Shown piece after piece: positions 38,141-50,436 of a stretch of DNA of 64,000 nt. This DNA is from Takakia lepidozioides (taxonomy: Eukaryota; Plantae; Bryophyta), in NCBI GenBank assembly GCA_030704615.1, contig CM060733.1:25048001-25112000 (forward strand). Direction: 5' to 3'. The translations under genes and the position numbers were made by a program. Every line of letters begins with the position of its first letter. The stretch's first letter is position 1. A model generated the notes under the pieces. That model was not told the origin of the DNA and made no database searches. It was given only the letters and a program-made list of their open reading frames with translations.

Positions 38141-39764
38141 CCTTAATGCTAAAAGTAGCTTGGACCTCAAAGTTAGTTATAGGTAGTTTTGACTAGGCAC
38201 TACCTTAATGCTACAACTAGCTTGGATCTTAACCCCTAAACTATGCCCACAACTGCCTTAATGCTACAAAATAGTTTTGGATCTTAACCCCTAAACTATG
38301 ACTACAACTACCTTAATGCTACAAGTAGCTTGGATCTTAACCCCTAAAGGATGCACACAACTGCCTTAATGAAGTTAGCTTGGATCTTAATCCCTAAATG
38401 ACGACTACAACTACCTTAATGCTACAAGTAGCTTGGATCTTAACCCCTAAACGAGGATCACAACTACCTTAATGCTGCAAGTAGCTTGGACCTTAACCCC
38501 TAACGATGATCACAACTGCCTTAATGCTAAGTAGCTTGGATCTTAACCTTTAAACGATGATCACAACTACCTTAATGCTACAATAGCTTGGATCTTAACC
38601 CCTAAATGATGACTACAACTACCTTAATGCTACAAAAAGCTTGGATCTTAACCCCCTAAACGATGACTACAACTACCTTAATGCTATAAGTAGCTTGGAT
38701 CTTAACCCCTAAACCATGACTCCAACTACCTTAATGCTACAAATAGCTTGGATCTTAACCCTAAGTGACGACTACAACTACCTTAATGCTACAAATAGCT
38801 TGGATCTAAACCCCCTAAACGATGACTACATTAACTACCTTGATGCTACAAATAGCTTGGATCTTTAACCCCTAAATGACGACCGTAACTACCTTAATGC
38901 TACAAATAGCTTGGATCTTAACCCCCTAAACGATGACTACATTTACTACCTTGATGCTACAAATAGCTTGGATCTTAACCCCTAAATGACGACTGCAACT
39001 ACCTTAATGCTACAAAAAGCTTGGATCTTAACCCCCTAAATGATGACTACAACTACCTTAATGCTATAAGTAGCTTGGATCTTAACCCCTAAACGATGAC
39101 TCCAACTACCTTAATGCTACAAATAGCTTGGATCTTAACCCTAAGTGACGACTACAACTACCTTAATGCTACAAATAGCTTGGATCTTAACCCCCCTAAA
39201 CGATGACTACATTAACTACCTTGATGCTACAAATAGCTTGGATCTTTAACCCCTAAATGACGACTGCAACTACCTTAATGCTACAAATAGCTTGGATCTT
39301 AACCCCCTAAACGATGACTACATTTACTACCTTGATGCTACAAATAGCTTGGATCTTAACCCCTAAATGACGACTACAACTACCTTAATGCTACAAAAAG
39401 CTTGGATCTTAACCCCCTAAACGATGACTACAAATACCTTAATGCTATAAGTAGCTTGGATCTTAACCCCAAACGATGACTACAACTACCTTAATGCTAC
39501 AAATAGCTTGGATCTTAACCCTAAGTGACGACTACAACTACCTTAATGCTACAAGTAGCTTGGATCTCAACCCCCTAAACGATGACTACATTAACTACCT
39601 TGATGCTACAAATAGCTTGGATCTTAACCCCTAAATGACGACTACAACTACCTTAAATGCTACAAGTAGCTTGGATCTTAACCCCTAAACGATGATCACA
39701 ACTGCCTTAATGCTACAAATAGCTTGGATCTTAACCCCTTAATGACGACTACAACTACCTTAAT
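38141..39764. repeat. ~53-bp tandem satellite, ~30 copies, with a 7-mer (~380 bp) higher-order repeat
   Basis: Consensus ACTACCTTAATGCTACAA(A/G)TAGCTTGGATCTTAACCCCTAAA(C/T)GA(T/C)GACTACA; the variant CTAAGTGACG recurs at 38761, 39141 and 39521. Confidence 0.97.
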
Positions 39765-40067
39765 TCTAGCCCGCCAAAAAAAATGCCACTAGAACTCGTC
39801 GTGCCAAGTTTTTCGGAGTTGCCCCGGACTGCCTGATTCTTGATCTTCTTTGAACTGCAGGAGGGGTTTCACATGCCTATCGCAGTTGCAGATTATGAGT
39901 ACATCGCATGAGCTCTCACAGATGGTGGGACAACCGCAATCACAAAGTGTGGTTTTTCTTAATGTACGATGTGAAGAAGTTTGTCCATCCTGCAAATGTG
40001 GGCTCTTAGTACCATGATTTGGTATTCTTCCTTATGTTTACAAGGTTCTGGGGCGACTACAGCTTGG

Positions 40068-40386
40068 TGTCAAGTTATTTCACCACTAGTGTGAAACTAG
40101 CTAGAAAATAGCTAGTTTTTACATATTGACATTTGGGATGGGCCCAAGTGTCAATCCAGGGATCAAGGCAGATTTAGGCCCTGGAGTGGTTATCTTCACG
40201 GCAAGCGCGGGAGGCTCATCTTTCTCGAGTTGAGCCTCACCGCGCCTACCTATGGCGCCGTAATGTGGATCCCCATGGCGTGGGGTGCACTGGCTTGACT
40301 TGTTATTTGAGTGATGAGGTTATTTATGCATGAGTTATGCTTCACCTTTGTGAGCTCGCATGAGCTTGTGCTTGTATTCTTCTTCT
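40068..40386 (+). repeat. Terminal repeat A, copy 1 (direct repeat of 50890-51234)
   Basis: Near-identical ~320 bp from tgtcaagttatttcaccactagtgtgaaactagctag to gcatgagcttgtgcttgtattctt. Confidence 0.95.
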
Positions 40387-41799
40387 TTATCACTCGAGAA
40401 AGATGAGCTCGTATCTGTGAGTGTCAGATATACGAGTTAGTTTGTAGCACTTGTGGTTTTGCTTGAGAATGAGAGAAACCAGGTTGTTATGCAAGGAGCA
40501 CCATGGAGCTCTTGGTTGTTAGAAGTAGAGGCGATGTGGGTTACGAGGTGGTAGACCTTGGCATTCGATCTTCAGCTTCAGAGATGCAAAACACCATGCT
40601 GAGGTAATTCCAGAGACCTTGATGTTTCAAATTGTGTACATGCATGACGCAAGCACGATTGGGAAGAGGACCAGTCAAAAGCAGATTATAGGGCTTGGTG
40701 GCAAAGCTGAGAACTGGACTTGGGAATGCGAGCTTTCATTGTGTGAAGGATTGCAAGAACAAGCGAAAGGGCTGATTTGGCTTGGGGCAAATCAGTGCAC
40801 TGTGTGGAGTATGTTGAGATTGGGTTCAATCTCGAGTTCAGCATTGAGAGGGCTCTTGTCATGGCAAGAGCAGGGTTGGAACAGGAGCTAAGAGTGGCAA
40901 CAAGGCCATGGATGTGCACCTAGGGTTTCAGAGCTGGGAAGAAGAGCTCTGCACCACAAGAGAGTGTTTGTGGCCGGCGAAATGTAAGCTTAGGGTTCAG
41001 GAGCTTGGCAAGGGCTGTGGAGTGCTTAGTCTTGTCTTAGAGAGCATAAAGGAGTAAGGAGCCAAGATAGGGGGCTGATACCTCTTGTGTGAAGAGGTTG
41101 CATGTGTGGAGCATGTATCAGCTCATTGAAGCTTCCATCTTCAAGCTTGGAGGGCAAGCAAGAAAGGAAGGAAGGGGCTGGTTCCCGTAGGGCATGTCTG
41201 GAGCATGCTTCCCCCCCGGAAGCGGTGTATTTTCAGGTTGGTGGGGGCAAGAAAGAAAGCAAAGGGGCTGATTCTCTGGTGGTGAGAGTGGGGCATGTGT
41301 GGAGCATGCCTTCAGTCCATGGGCTTTTGTTTTCAAGCTTAAAGAACTAGAAGAGAAGGTAAGGGGATGATTGATCTTATGTGATAGTCCGACACTTGTA
41401 GAGCGTGTTCTGAGTTGGGGTTTCAACCTCAAGCCTAGATAGAGCATGCTCTTGAAGTGGCAGGTGTGTAGGGCTGGGAATTAGGCTCTAAGATAGATGC
41501 TGGCCAAGGGAACGCTTGAATGAGTGCTCACAAGGGCTGGAAACCAGCAAGGCTTGGTTGTTTGCCATTGCAGTTTAGTGGCGTGTTTGGGTGAGTCTAA
41601 GTGAGAAAGAAGGCTTGGTTTGGGGCAACCATCTTCCTCATGGCTTAGGGGCTACTATTGGTGGTGTGTTGGGAGCCGAAAGAGCAGAATACCTTGCTGA
41701 TTCTTCACAGCCGCCATAGCTCGGTGCAAAGAAGCCTAGAGTCCAAGAGACACAAAACCCTAGTTGGGCGTGGCTAAAACCTTGGGAGAAATGGTAACG

Positions 41800-42600
41800 T
41801 CATGAGTGGGCCTGTGGGGCTGTGACGGGCTTGTGAGGGGATGGTGATAGGCTGTGGCCTTTGGGGCTGGACCCTGTGACCTTGTAGGGCTGCGACAGGC
41901 TGTGCCTATGGGCCTTGGGGTTTGTGATTGGATTGGACAGGCTTGTGTGACAGACCTGTTGGCGAGCTGTGGGTGTGTTGGCTGATGGGCTGTGAGGGCT
42001 GTGTGGGGGCTGTTTTTGTTTGTTGTACAGGCTAGGGTGTGCACAGTGGCCTGTGGGGATGTGAGGGCTTTGAAGGCTCCTGCCCCTGTTGCCTGTGGGG
42101 CGTGACGGGATATAAGGGGCTGTGACAGGCTAGTGTGTGTGGTGATCGGGCTGGGGATGGGCATTGTGGCGGGCTGGACAGGCGGTGTGCCCGTGTGTGC
42201 AGGTGTGGGGGGCTATGGAGGGGCTATGAGGGGCCGAGACAAGATTTTTGTTTTTTTTTTTTTTTTTTTTTTTTTTTGTTTTTTGTGTTGGCGGGCTGTG
42301 ACTGCTGTGACTGGGCCGTGGGCTGTGCGGGCTATGAGGGATGTGACCCTGTGACTTTGTAGGGCTGTGACAGGCTGTGCCGTGCCTTTGGGGTTGTGAT
42401 GGCTTGTGTGACAGGCTGCGGAATGTGGGGCTGTGCTGACCCGTGACAGTGTAGGGCTTGTTTGGGTTGACAGGCTGGTGGCCTGTGTGGGGCTGGGTGA
42501 CGGTGCGGTGTGACCAGTGAACATGTGGGCTTGTGATGGTTGTGGTGGCCCGTTGACCTGTGGACGGCTGTGTTGACTCGGGAGGCACCGGTGGACTGCC
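41800..42600 (+). repeat. G/T-rich low-complexity array of GGGCTGTG(AC)-like motifs with a poly-T tract, in the element's leader
   Basis: Many GGCTGTG/GGCTTGTG motifs; internal duplication 41870-41955 vs 42345-42415; poly-T at 42245-42285. Confidence 0.8.
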
Positions 42601-43440
42601 TAAGATGGACATGTGGTATTGAAGGCCGGAATTTTGAAGCTCGTGGAGGGCGGCTGGTTTGCGAGTATCTTCATGATATTCCCATGGTCTATGCAAGTGA
42701 GGGAGAGAGGAGAGGAAAGAAAAGTTTGGGATGAGGCATGCTGGGTTAGGCATTGCTTTAGCTTCTCTTTCTCGTAGTTTCCACCTCTCATTAGCCCAAG
42801 ACCTTTCCGTAGGTAGAGGAAAGAGTCAGTCCGGGTTGGGCTGGGGGTGTCCATGCAGGAGCAACACGTGGAGTGTGTTTGGGTGGGGGAGTTGTCGTTT
42901 GATTTCTTGTGTTGGACATCCATACCTGCATGCTTGACTGTGCGCCATGCTAGTTTTGTGTGGGCGCTTTGTTTTTGTATAGGTGATTGGCCCGGGATTT
43001 GATCACCGGCCAGTCCTAGAGCATGCTGTCGTGGTGAGGCTGGGGGGGTGATAACCAGCCAGACCATCATTGTTCTCATGTGGTGAGGTGGAGGTGGGAT
43101 GACAGCCAACCATAGGAGTGCTTGCGGTGGCTGGATGCATGGTACAGGGTGCTATGTTCCAAACCATAAGCCGCAACAGGTTCCTACCCGGTTTACCTTG
43201 TGGAGAGGGGGTTAGGGACATGTTCATGACCGGTTGAGTGTCAAACACGGAGGTGCCACTAGTTGCTGGGGACAGTGCCGATTCGAGCACTAGCGATACT
43301 AGTGGGTACACGAGACGAGGTGTGCGGTTTAGGCCACCTTCACAACCTGGTGTCTCAACGGAAGGTTCTGATTCGGATGTGAATCAGAGGACTCATACCG
43401 GCGGTTGCAAGTTGTTTCCTTGCCATTGTTGTGGGACACA

Positions 43441-44640
43441 ATGGAGGAGATGTATGGAGCTATCAAGGGGCCACGAAGGTACTCTGGGGTGGTGGGCACC
43501 ATCGAGTTGGATGATTTTATCCAAGAGTTTGATAGTTGGTTGGATTTGCAGCAAATGCGCAATCCACAACTATTTACGCCTTTCATGGCATGGAAGGGGT
43601 TGTTTCAGCACCTTGAGGGCCGCCTTTGGATGATACCAGAATTAAGGCGGGGGGCATGAGGTTGAGATCGAGGAGTGGAGGATGTACTGGTCACCCGACT
43701 ATGTCTCCATCACTAGGCGCTAGAGCCACGAGGGCAGTGGGCTACACCTGCCGCTGCCACCAGCAGCTTCAACAAGTAGCAGTGGGACTAGTGGGACTCT
43801 GGTACAGTAGCTACGACGTCCACCCAAGCCACTACCGCACCAGCACTAGTACACGTGCCTGCCTTCAACCCTGTTGTGGAGTTCTCGAAGAGTTGAGAGG
43901 GAACTACAAGGGGTGATGACAGAGAAGTTGCGGAGCTTGCAGAGTTTCCAACGGAAGCCGACCGATGAGAGCTTGAGGGAGGTTTTCACTCGCATGAGGC
44001 GCTTGATTAAATGTAACCCAAGGGTTACGGAAGCTCAGGCAGTCCAAATTCTGGTATGGGATATTGGACAAGGAGCTGAGGAGAAGGGTGCGGGGGATTG
44101 CAAATCTCCTACAAGCGACCCAACCCACCTTAGCAAATGTGTTTGTTTTTGCTAGTGGTGCTCCTAGCCAAACCACTACCTCAAGTGGTGCTCCTAGCCA
44201 ACCACTAAAAGTGCTCAAGGGGGGCGGGGCTCAGGTGAAGCTCAGGGAAGGGCAGAGAGGACCCTCAGATGCCGGTCTCTCCCTTCATTTGCTGGCCAAC
44301 AAAGGGCGGATGTGGTGTGCTGGACATGTGGAGGACCCCATGTCAAGAGGATTGCCCAGAGGGAGGCAAAGGGCCTGCACAGTTGCAGTGTGGGCATTGT
44401 GGCAAGCACGGGCATGGAGAGGCCCAGTGTTATGGTTTGCATCCTGAGTTGCGCCCAGGCCAGTTCCAAGGGAACAATGGTGGCGGGGCGAGGTGGAGCA
44501 GCCAGAGAGGACGAGGTGGTCGGCCACGAGGTGCAGGCCAAGGGCAAGCTCAACATGGCCAAGGACGCGGAGGTCAGGTGTTGACCAAGGCATGGCCAAC
44601 CGGCTTCAGCAGCTAGAGCAGAGGCTCGCTGCCATGGCTA
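43441..44640 (+). pseudogene. gag: gag with two zinc knuckles
   Basis: MEEMYGAIKGPRRYSG...LDDFIQEFDSW; EKLRSLQSFQRKPT.ESLRE; CWTCGG.H....C at ~44318; CGHCGKHGHGEAQC at ~44389. Confidence 0.85.
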
Positions 44641-45364
44641 CAGCTCAGGTGGTACCGGCTCTAAGGCCGGATGGTCCACCTCCTGTTCCTGAGGGAGGAG
44701 GATATGGGAGGCATGGGATTCATGTGTGGAGCAGCACTACCATAGTGCAGGTGGAGTCTGCTGCAGCCGTGACTCGAGAGCAGCACGAGTTCCTGAGCCA
44801 CGAGGTGTAGAGGTGGAGTTGGATTCACAGCGTGGGGAGGCAAGCCGTCAAGCTAGGCTTCCTCAGTCATTCACATTGGTGGAGACAGTGTCGACGCCAT
44901 CCATGGCACCTAGTTCTCGCCGACTGTTACCGAGGCGGAGGTTACTATGCCATTGGGGAGAGCTACACGGGTAGCACCACTACCTAGTGTTGCCAAGGCT
45001 ACGGCAGCTAGTGTGCTGCTAGGAGCGGCCACATCTGTGTGCCAGGCTCCATTGTTCTCGGCTACCATGATTGCGACGCCGGGGGTAAGACCAGCTGAGG
45101 TGTTCAGGCTGGCAGCTACACTCTGTGAGAGTGGGGAGGTTACTTCATCTTCTGCGGAGATAGTGGGAGGTGTAGTGCCGGAGGGATCCTCGGATTTGAG
45201 GGTCAAGACTGCCACGGCGGCGCCATGGCAAGCTGCAGCTGTCAGGTTGATGAGCTGCCAGCTAGGCCAGCCATTGAGCGCGCCATGGTGACACCTGGAG
45301 TTGTCATGTTAGACAACCAGGATGGCATTTTCTGTTTGAGTGGACCGGCAGGCAAGAGGTACCG

Positions 45365-45700
45365 GCCACTGCGGGTCTGTTGGACTCGGGAGCTCAGCCA
45401 TTGATGCTAGGCAGAGCTGCTATTGCAGGCTTGGGCCTCACGGAGGGGATATGGAGCCTTGTCCTTTCCAGATACAGACGTCTCTGGGAGGATCGGAGCA
45501 GGCTCGGGGCATGACACGGCGTGAGTTGGCTATCAGACTACGGCCGGATCACCCTACAGATGGCTCAGTGATGCGAGCCAAGGCCATTGTGACAGACGCG
45601 GTCTCATACGATGTCCTGGTTGGTGGGGCAGTGTTGTACCCCATGGGCTTCACCCTGGATTTTTGGGAGGAGTCAGCTTCCTATAGGCCTGCATGGCAGT
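45365..45700 (+). pseudogene. Retropepsin aspartic protease
   Basis: LDSGAQ active-site motif (GAC at 45383) and downstream SYDVLVG. Confidence 0.85.
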
Positions 45701-46091
45701 CAGGGGAGGGCCGGCGTGTGCAGCTCCCTGTGACGTTCATAGGAGGAGTTGCGGTTGCCCAGCGAGGCAAGATGCCGACACTAGCAGCATTCCAGTGGCA
45801 GTGAGTTGGCCTAGAGAGTTGCTTGAGGGCAACGCTCATTCAGAGGATGTGCCACCTCCGGGAGAGCAGGATGACATATGGTATGGCGGAGTTGCCTACC
45901 ATGGTTGCTCAGACTCCATTGTGGGGCACGAGCAAGGATTTGCAGCGGGATGCTGATCGACGGGTGCAACAAGCCTGGGTGGAGGCTTTTGTACCGTCAG
46001 GAGAGGAGGAGAGTGTGGGATTGCACCAGGACCACCTCAGTTGTCTCCATTGGACACCACACCTATTGTGTGGCAGTATCCGGATGAAGGC

Positions 46092-47030
46092 ATTTGTCTT
46101 CTGGACTTGTTTGGCGGGATCAGCACCGGATTGGCTGCTGTGTTACAGGCAGGTGTACGAGTTCGGCGTTACCTGTATGTGGAGAGGGATGAGACTGCAC
46201 GACGCGTTTCACTTCGCCATGTTGCTCAGTTGGTGCAGCGGTACCCTGAGTTGTTGTCGGTGTCTGCAATTCGTGGATATCAGCAGGCCTTGCCAGCAGA
46301 CATTTCGTTGCTGGGGGCGCAGGATTTGGAGCGGGTTGGCTCCATTGATCTGGTAGTGGCAGGTTGGCCCTGCCAAGGGCATTCATCAGCCGGGCATGGC
46401 AATGGATTGCGAGACTCGAGGTCGGGTCTGTTTTGGGAGATGGTGCGGGTTTTGCGCCACTTGCAGCTTCATCAAGCTGTATCTCCAGCATACATCTTGG
46501 AGAATGTGCCACTGATGGGCGATTCTCGGGCCAGGGTGATGGCCAGTGTGCATCAAGTCCGGTCGTGGCTTGGGTCAGCAGTGTTGCTAGATGCAGCTAC
46601 AGTGGGGTCACGGGCTCATCGTCCACGGCTATGGTGGACTAACTTGATGCCACCCGCACTGCTCAAGCGTGCATTTGATGGGGTGCAGCGGCCAGCACAT
46701 CTCACAGTGGATAGCATTCTGGACACAGGGAGGCAGTCTCAGCGTGTGAGACACGATGACCGTTTGCCTTTGGCAGTGGTCAACAAGGTGGGTCAACCAC
46801 GAGCAGCATTACCTACACTGCTCAGCTTCCCAGGATCGCATGCTTTCCGGGATAGTGGACCTGGCCTCCTGTGGGATGCTCAGTTGCAGCAGTTAGTGGA
46901 GCCTAATGCTGACGAGCGTGAGCGGGCAATGGGTTTACCACTGGTACCACGGCGGTGTCGTCTCTTTCTGAGGCATCACGTCGTCAAGTGTTGGGGCAAG
47001 CAATGGATCTCAATTGCTTGACCTGGATTA
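46092..47030 (+). pseudogene. C5 cytosine DNA methyltransferase catalytic domain, DNMT3-like, inside pol
   Basis: Motif I LLDLFGGISTG, II YVERD, IV DLVVAGWPCQ (Cys 46371), VI ILENV (46500), VIII AHRPRLWWTN, IX ERERAMG.P, X RRQVLGQAMD. One frameshift near 46940. Confidence 0.93.
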
Positions 47031-47479
47031 TCAGCTTGGCTATGGCTGAGCAACGCAGAGTGCGGAGTACACTTCCCTCGATGGTCTCTCTGCCTACCGA
47101 GACGGTACAGGCAGTGAGTGGGGGCGAGCATGTGAGGACCATGGGGTGCATGCATCCATGGCACACGTGGGAGGTGCTCGAGGTTCAGAGGGAGTTGGCA
47201 GCCAAGGTGGCGATGATGGATGAGGTTGGGGATTTTTCTCGGGTTGAGGAAGTCCTGAGGATGAGATGATGGGGCAGGATGAGGCCTTGTCATTGACTGA
47301 GCAGGTAGGGAGTACTGCTCAAGAGGTTGCAACATAGCAACCACTGGACGCGTCCTCTACCTCTAAGCCCACTGGACTTAAGGTTGCAGTTACGGAGGAC
47401 AATTGGGAGCCTGACATTGGACCCATTGTCACCGGAGGAGAGAGACGAGACGTATACGGCGGTTCCTGAGGGCTTACAT

Positions 47480-48825
47480 GAATTGCTTTGCCTTCAGTTT
47501 GAAGGACTTGGGAGCACTGAAGGGTCAAGAGATCCGTATTGAGTTGGCCACTGACACGCCAATCTTTCGGAGACCCTATAGATACAGTGACATGGAGAGG
47601 TCTTTGATTCAGATGAGGACTCAAGATCTCTGGGAGGCAGGTTTGGTGGAGCTCTCTGGTGGAGAGTATGCTTCAGCCACAGTGATGCCAGCCAAGAAGG
47701 ATGTCTATGGCAATTGGACGGAGAGACGTATGTGCGGTGATTACCGGCCTGTAAATCGTCAGACCAAGTCCGATAAGTATGCCATGCCAACACCAGAGGA
47801 GATCTTTGATGCCATCGGGCATGCTAAGGTCTTTAGCACTTTGGATTTACGATATATCACCAGTTGCCAATCAAGGAGGCGGACAAGCAGAAGACGACAT
47901 TCTGGGGGATCAATGAGCACGGCAAGGATTGCCTATATCAGTGGCGGTTCTTACCATTTGGGCTTAAGAATGCTCCTGCAGAGTTTCAGAGAGTCATGGA
48001 TAGGATTCTAGCAGGGGTGGACTTTGCTCGTGCTACATAGATGACATCATCATCTTTAGTGTTACGATGGAGGAGCATGAGAGACACCTTCAGGTGGTAT
48101 TGGAGCGCTTGAGAGCGCACGGATTGAAGTTGCATCCGGGGAAGTGCAAGTTTTTCCACAACCAGATTGAGTATCTGGGTCATATGATATATCCTGGAGG
48201 ATTGGGGGTACAGCAGACTAAGGTAGAGGCCATTGCACAAATTCCACGCCCCACGGATGTGAGCCGAGTTCGAGCTTTCATGGGGTTGGCAAACTATTAT
48301 AGACGGTTTGTCAAGGGATTTAGTACCATTGCAAAGGCTCTAACCAAGCTGACCAAGGTGGACCAGAAGTGGCAGTGGGAAGATGAGCAGGAACGAGCTT
48401 TTCAAGAGCTCAAGGCGAGGTTGACCTCGGCGCCTATCCTAAGACGACCTATCAGGGGCGTCCTTTCAGCTGCATACGGATTGGAGCATGCTGGGGCTTG
48501 GAGCGGTGCTCACACAGGTGGATGATGAGGGAAGAGAGTTCGTAGTGGCTTATGCTAGCCGCTTAAACAACGCTGCAGAGGCTAAGTATAGCTCATATGA
48601 GGGAGAGTGCTTAGCTGCAGTGTGGGCCGTGGCACACTTCAGGTGCTATCTATACGGCAATCTTTTCACCCTTGTCACGGATCACCAGCACTCAAGGTTG
48701 ATGGAGTCAGACAAGCTTACGGGGAAGCTTGCACGGTGGGCACTCATACTCCAGGAGTATGACTTTCAGGTGTGCATCGACCGGGTTTGGTCAATCGGGA
48801 TGTGGATGGATTGAGTCGCAATCCA
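47480..48825 (+). pseudogene. pol: Reverse transcriptase and RNase H
   Basis: RRMCGDYR, FSTLDLR, LPFGLKNAPAEFQ, YIDD (~48035), IEYLGH; FQLHTDWS..GLGAVL, VAYASR, SSYEGECLA, VTDHQ, DVDGLSR. Confidence 0.95.
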
Positions 48826-49209
48826 TGCATGAGCCAGCAGGATGACACTGGAGCTCGGTGGCATGGTGAGACGGACGAGGAATGGTGCCGGGATGGCACG
48901 CATCTGCATTTTTGTGTATCTTGGCATCGGGAGGTCAGGTTGGACCTACAACAGGGATGACTGTAGACGGAGTGTCTGAGGACCCTGAGGCTAGTGATGA
49001 GCCAGGTGGTGCCAGAGATATACATGAGGATTCGGCTGTGTTGGACTACCTCCGCACGGGAGACACGACAGCCACTGTGACTGCCCAGGGAGAGGGATCG
49101 GATCCTGCAACGAGCCAAGAGGTTCAAGTGGGAGGGGATATACCTACTTTGAGTGTGGGAGGATGGTCGGGTGAGGATTGTGCCTCACCCCACAGCGTGC
49201 ACGGTTAGT

Positions 49210-50240
49210 GCGACATGCCCATGAGGAGTTGGGCATTTTGGAGTGCGACGCACTCACAGTTTACTGCAAGGGCAGTATTGGTGGTGTGGTATGCATACAG
49301 AGGGCAACAGTTCGTGGCTAGGTGCATGGGTGTGACAGGGTGCGTGCTTCATTCAACACCCCTACACCACAGTTGCTCCTTTACCAATCATGGGATTGGG
49401 CTACAGGTGGAGTCTTGACTTCGCAGGACCGTTGCCACTGACTATGCGCCACCACAGATATGGTTGGTGATGGTGGAGCAATTCTCCGAGTGGATTGAGT
49501 TGGTTCCATTGCCTGACAAGGCTAGTGAGGGGGCTGCGTATGCATTCTTGGATCGTGTACTTAGCCGATTTGGTGCTCCAGCTGAGGTACTCACGGACCA
49601 GGGAGAGAGTTCTGGGGGAGTTTCAGGCTTTGTGTGATAAAGCCTTGATAGACCACCGCACCACTTCTCGGGATTATCCTGAGGCCGATGACTTAGCAGA
49701 GAGAGTTGTTCAGACGGTGAAGAGGGGTTTGCGCAAGTATGGCTTGCAGAAGGGATACCTAGGAGATTGGGATCTTCGGGTTCCTTGGTTAGCCATGGGC
49801 TACAGGTTCAGCAAACAAGCATCACTTGCCTCCTCTCACCATATTTCCTTCTCTTTGGCCGAGAGTTGGATTTGCCTGCAGCCATTCGTAGGGACACTGC
49901 TCAAGTCCTCAACCTTGATGATCCGGACGTGTGGGTACGTGCATGTGATCAGCGTGCAGAGTTGTTCAAGAAAGTCATGCCCATGGCTTTTGAGAACCTT
50001 GCCATTGCACAACACCGTGATACGTTGAGGTATGCCACTATACGTGGTGGAGGATATCGTCCTGGGGTTCGGAGGTTTAGCCTGGTGACTATGTTTATTT
50101 GCAGCAGACTGCTCCTACGACTCTAGATGTTACTGCAGGGCGTGTTATTCTGAGGGTTCAAGAGGTGTTGCCCTCAGGGGTCCTGATCTTGAGGGTCGGG
50201 ATGGCATGACTTGGAACCATGTGCGTAATTGTGCGCCATG
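49210..50240 (+). pseudogene. DDE integrase
   Basis: HEELGHFG...YWW...C..C zinc finger; WSLDFAGP; RFGAPAEVLTDQG; DDLAERVVQTVKRGL. Confidence 0.92.
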
Positions 50241-50302
50241 TCACCTTCCCAATGTCGATGGCGGAGTTGACCCAAACTTGGCAGTGGTGTACCTGTTTGA
50301 GG

Positions 50303-50436
50303 TGCATGCTCTGTGGGTCTGCCAAAGGGGCACCACCATGTTGGTGTGTGATCGATGCTCAAGGGGTTGGCATATGGGATGCTTGACACCACCTCTTGAG
50401 AAGGTTCCTGACGGAGATTGGTTGTGTCCACACTGC
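50303..50436 (+). pseudogene. PHD finger (C4HC3) at the integrase C-terminus
   Basis: CMLC...(frameshift)...MLVCDRCSRGWHMGCLTPPLEKVPDGDWLCPHC. Confidence 0.92.

Noticed and set aside
38141-39764. CRISPR array or telomere tract
   Set aside because: Units are contiguous near-identical monomers with no unique spacers and no cas genes; CCCTAAA occurs once per 53 bp rather than in tandem.
41760-43109. His/Pro/Thr-rich antisense ORFs as an extra retroelement gene
   Set aside because: They arise from the low-complexity GT-rich array and poly-T tract (poly-Lys/Phe); no recognisable motifs.
46041-47030. Bacterial restriction-modification methylase, contamination, or host DRM/CMT/MET1 gene
   Set aside because: It is embedded collinearly between the retroviral protease and RT and decays with them. 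There is no cognate endonuclease, no introns, no UBA/BAH/chromo domains and no DRM-type motif permutation.
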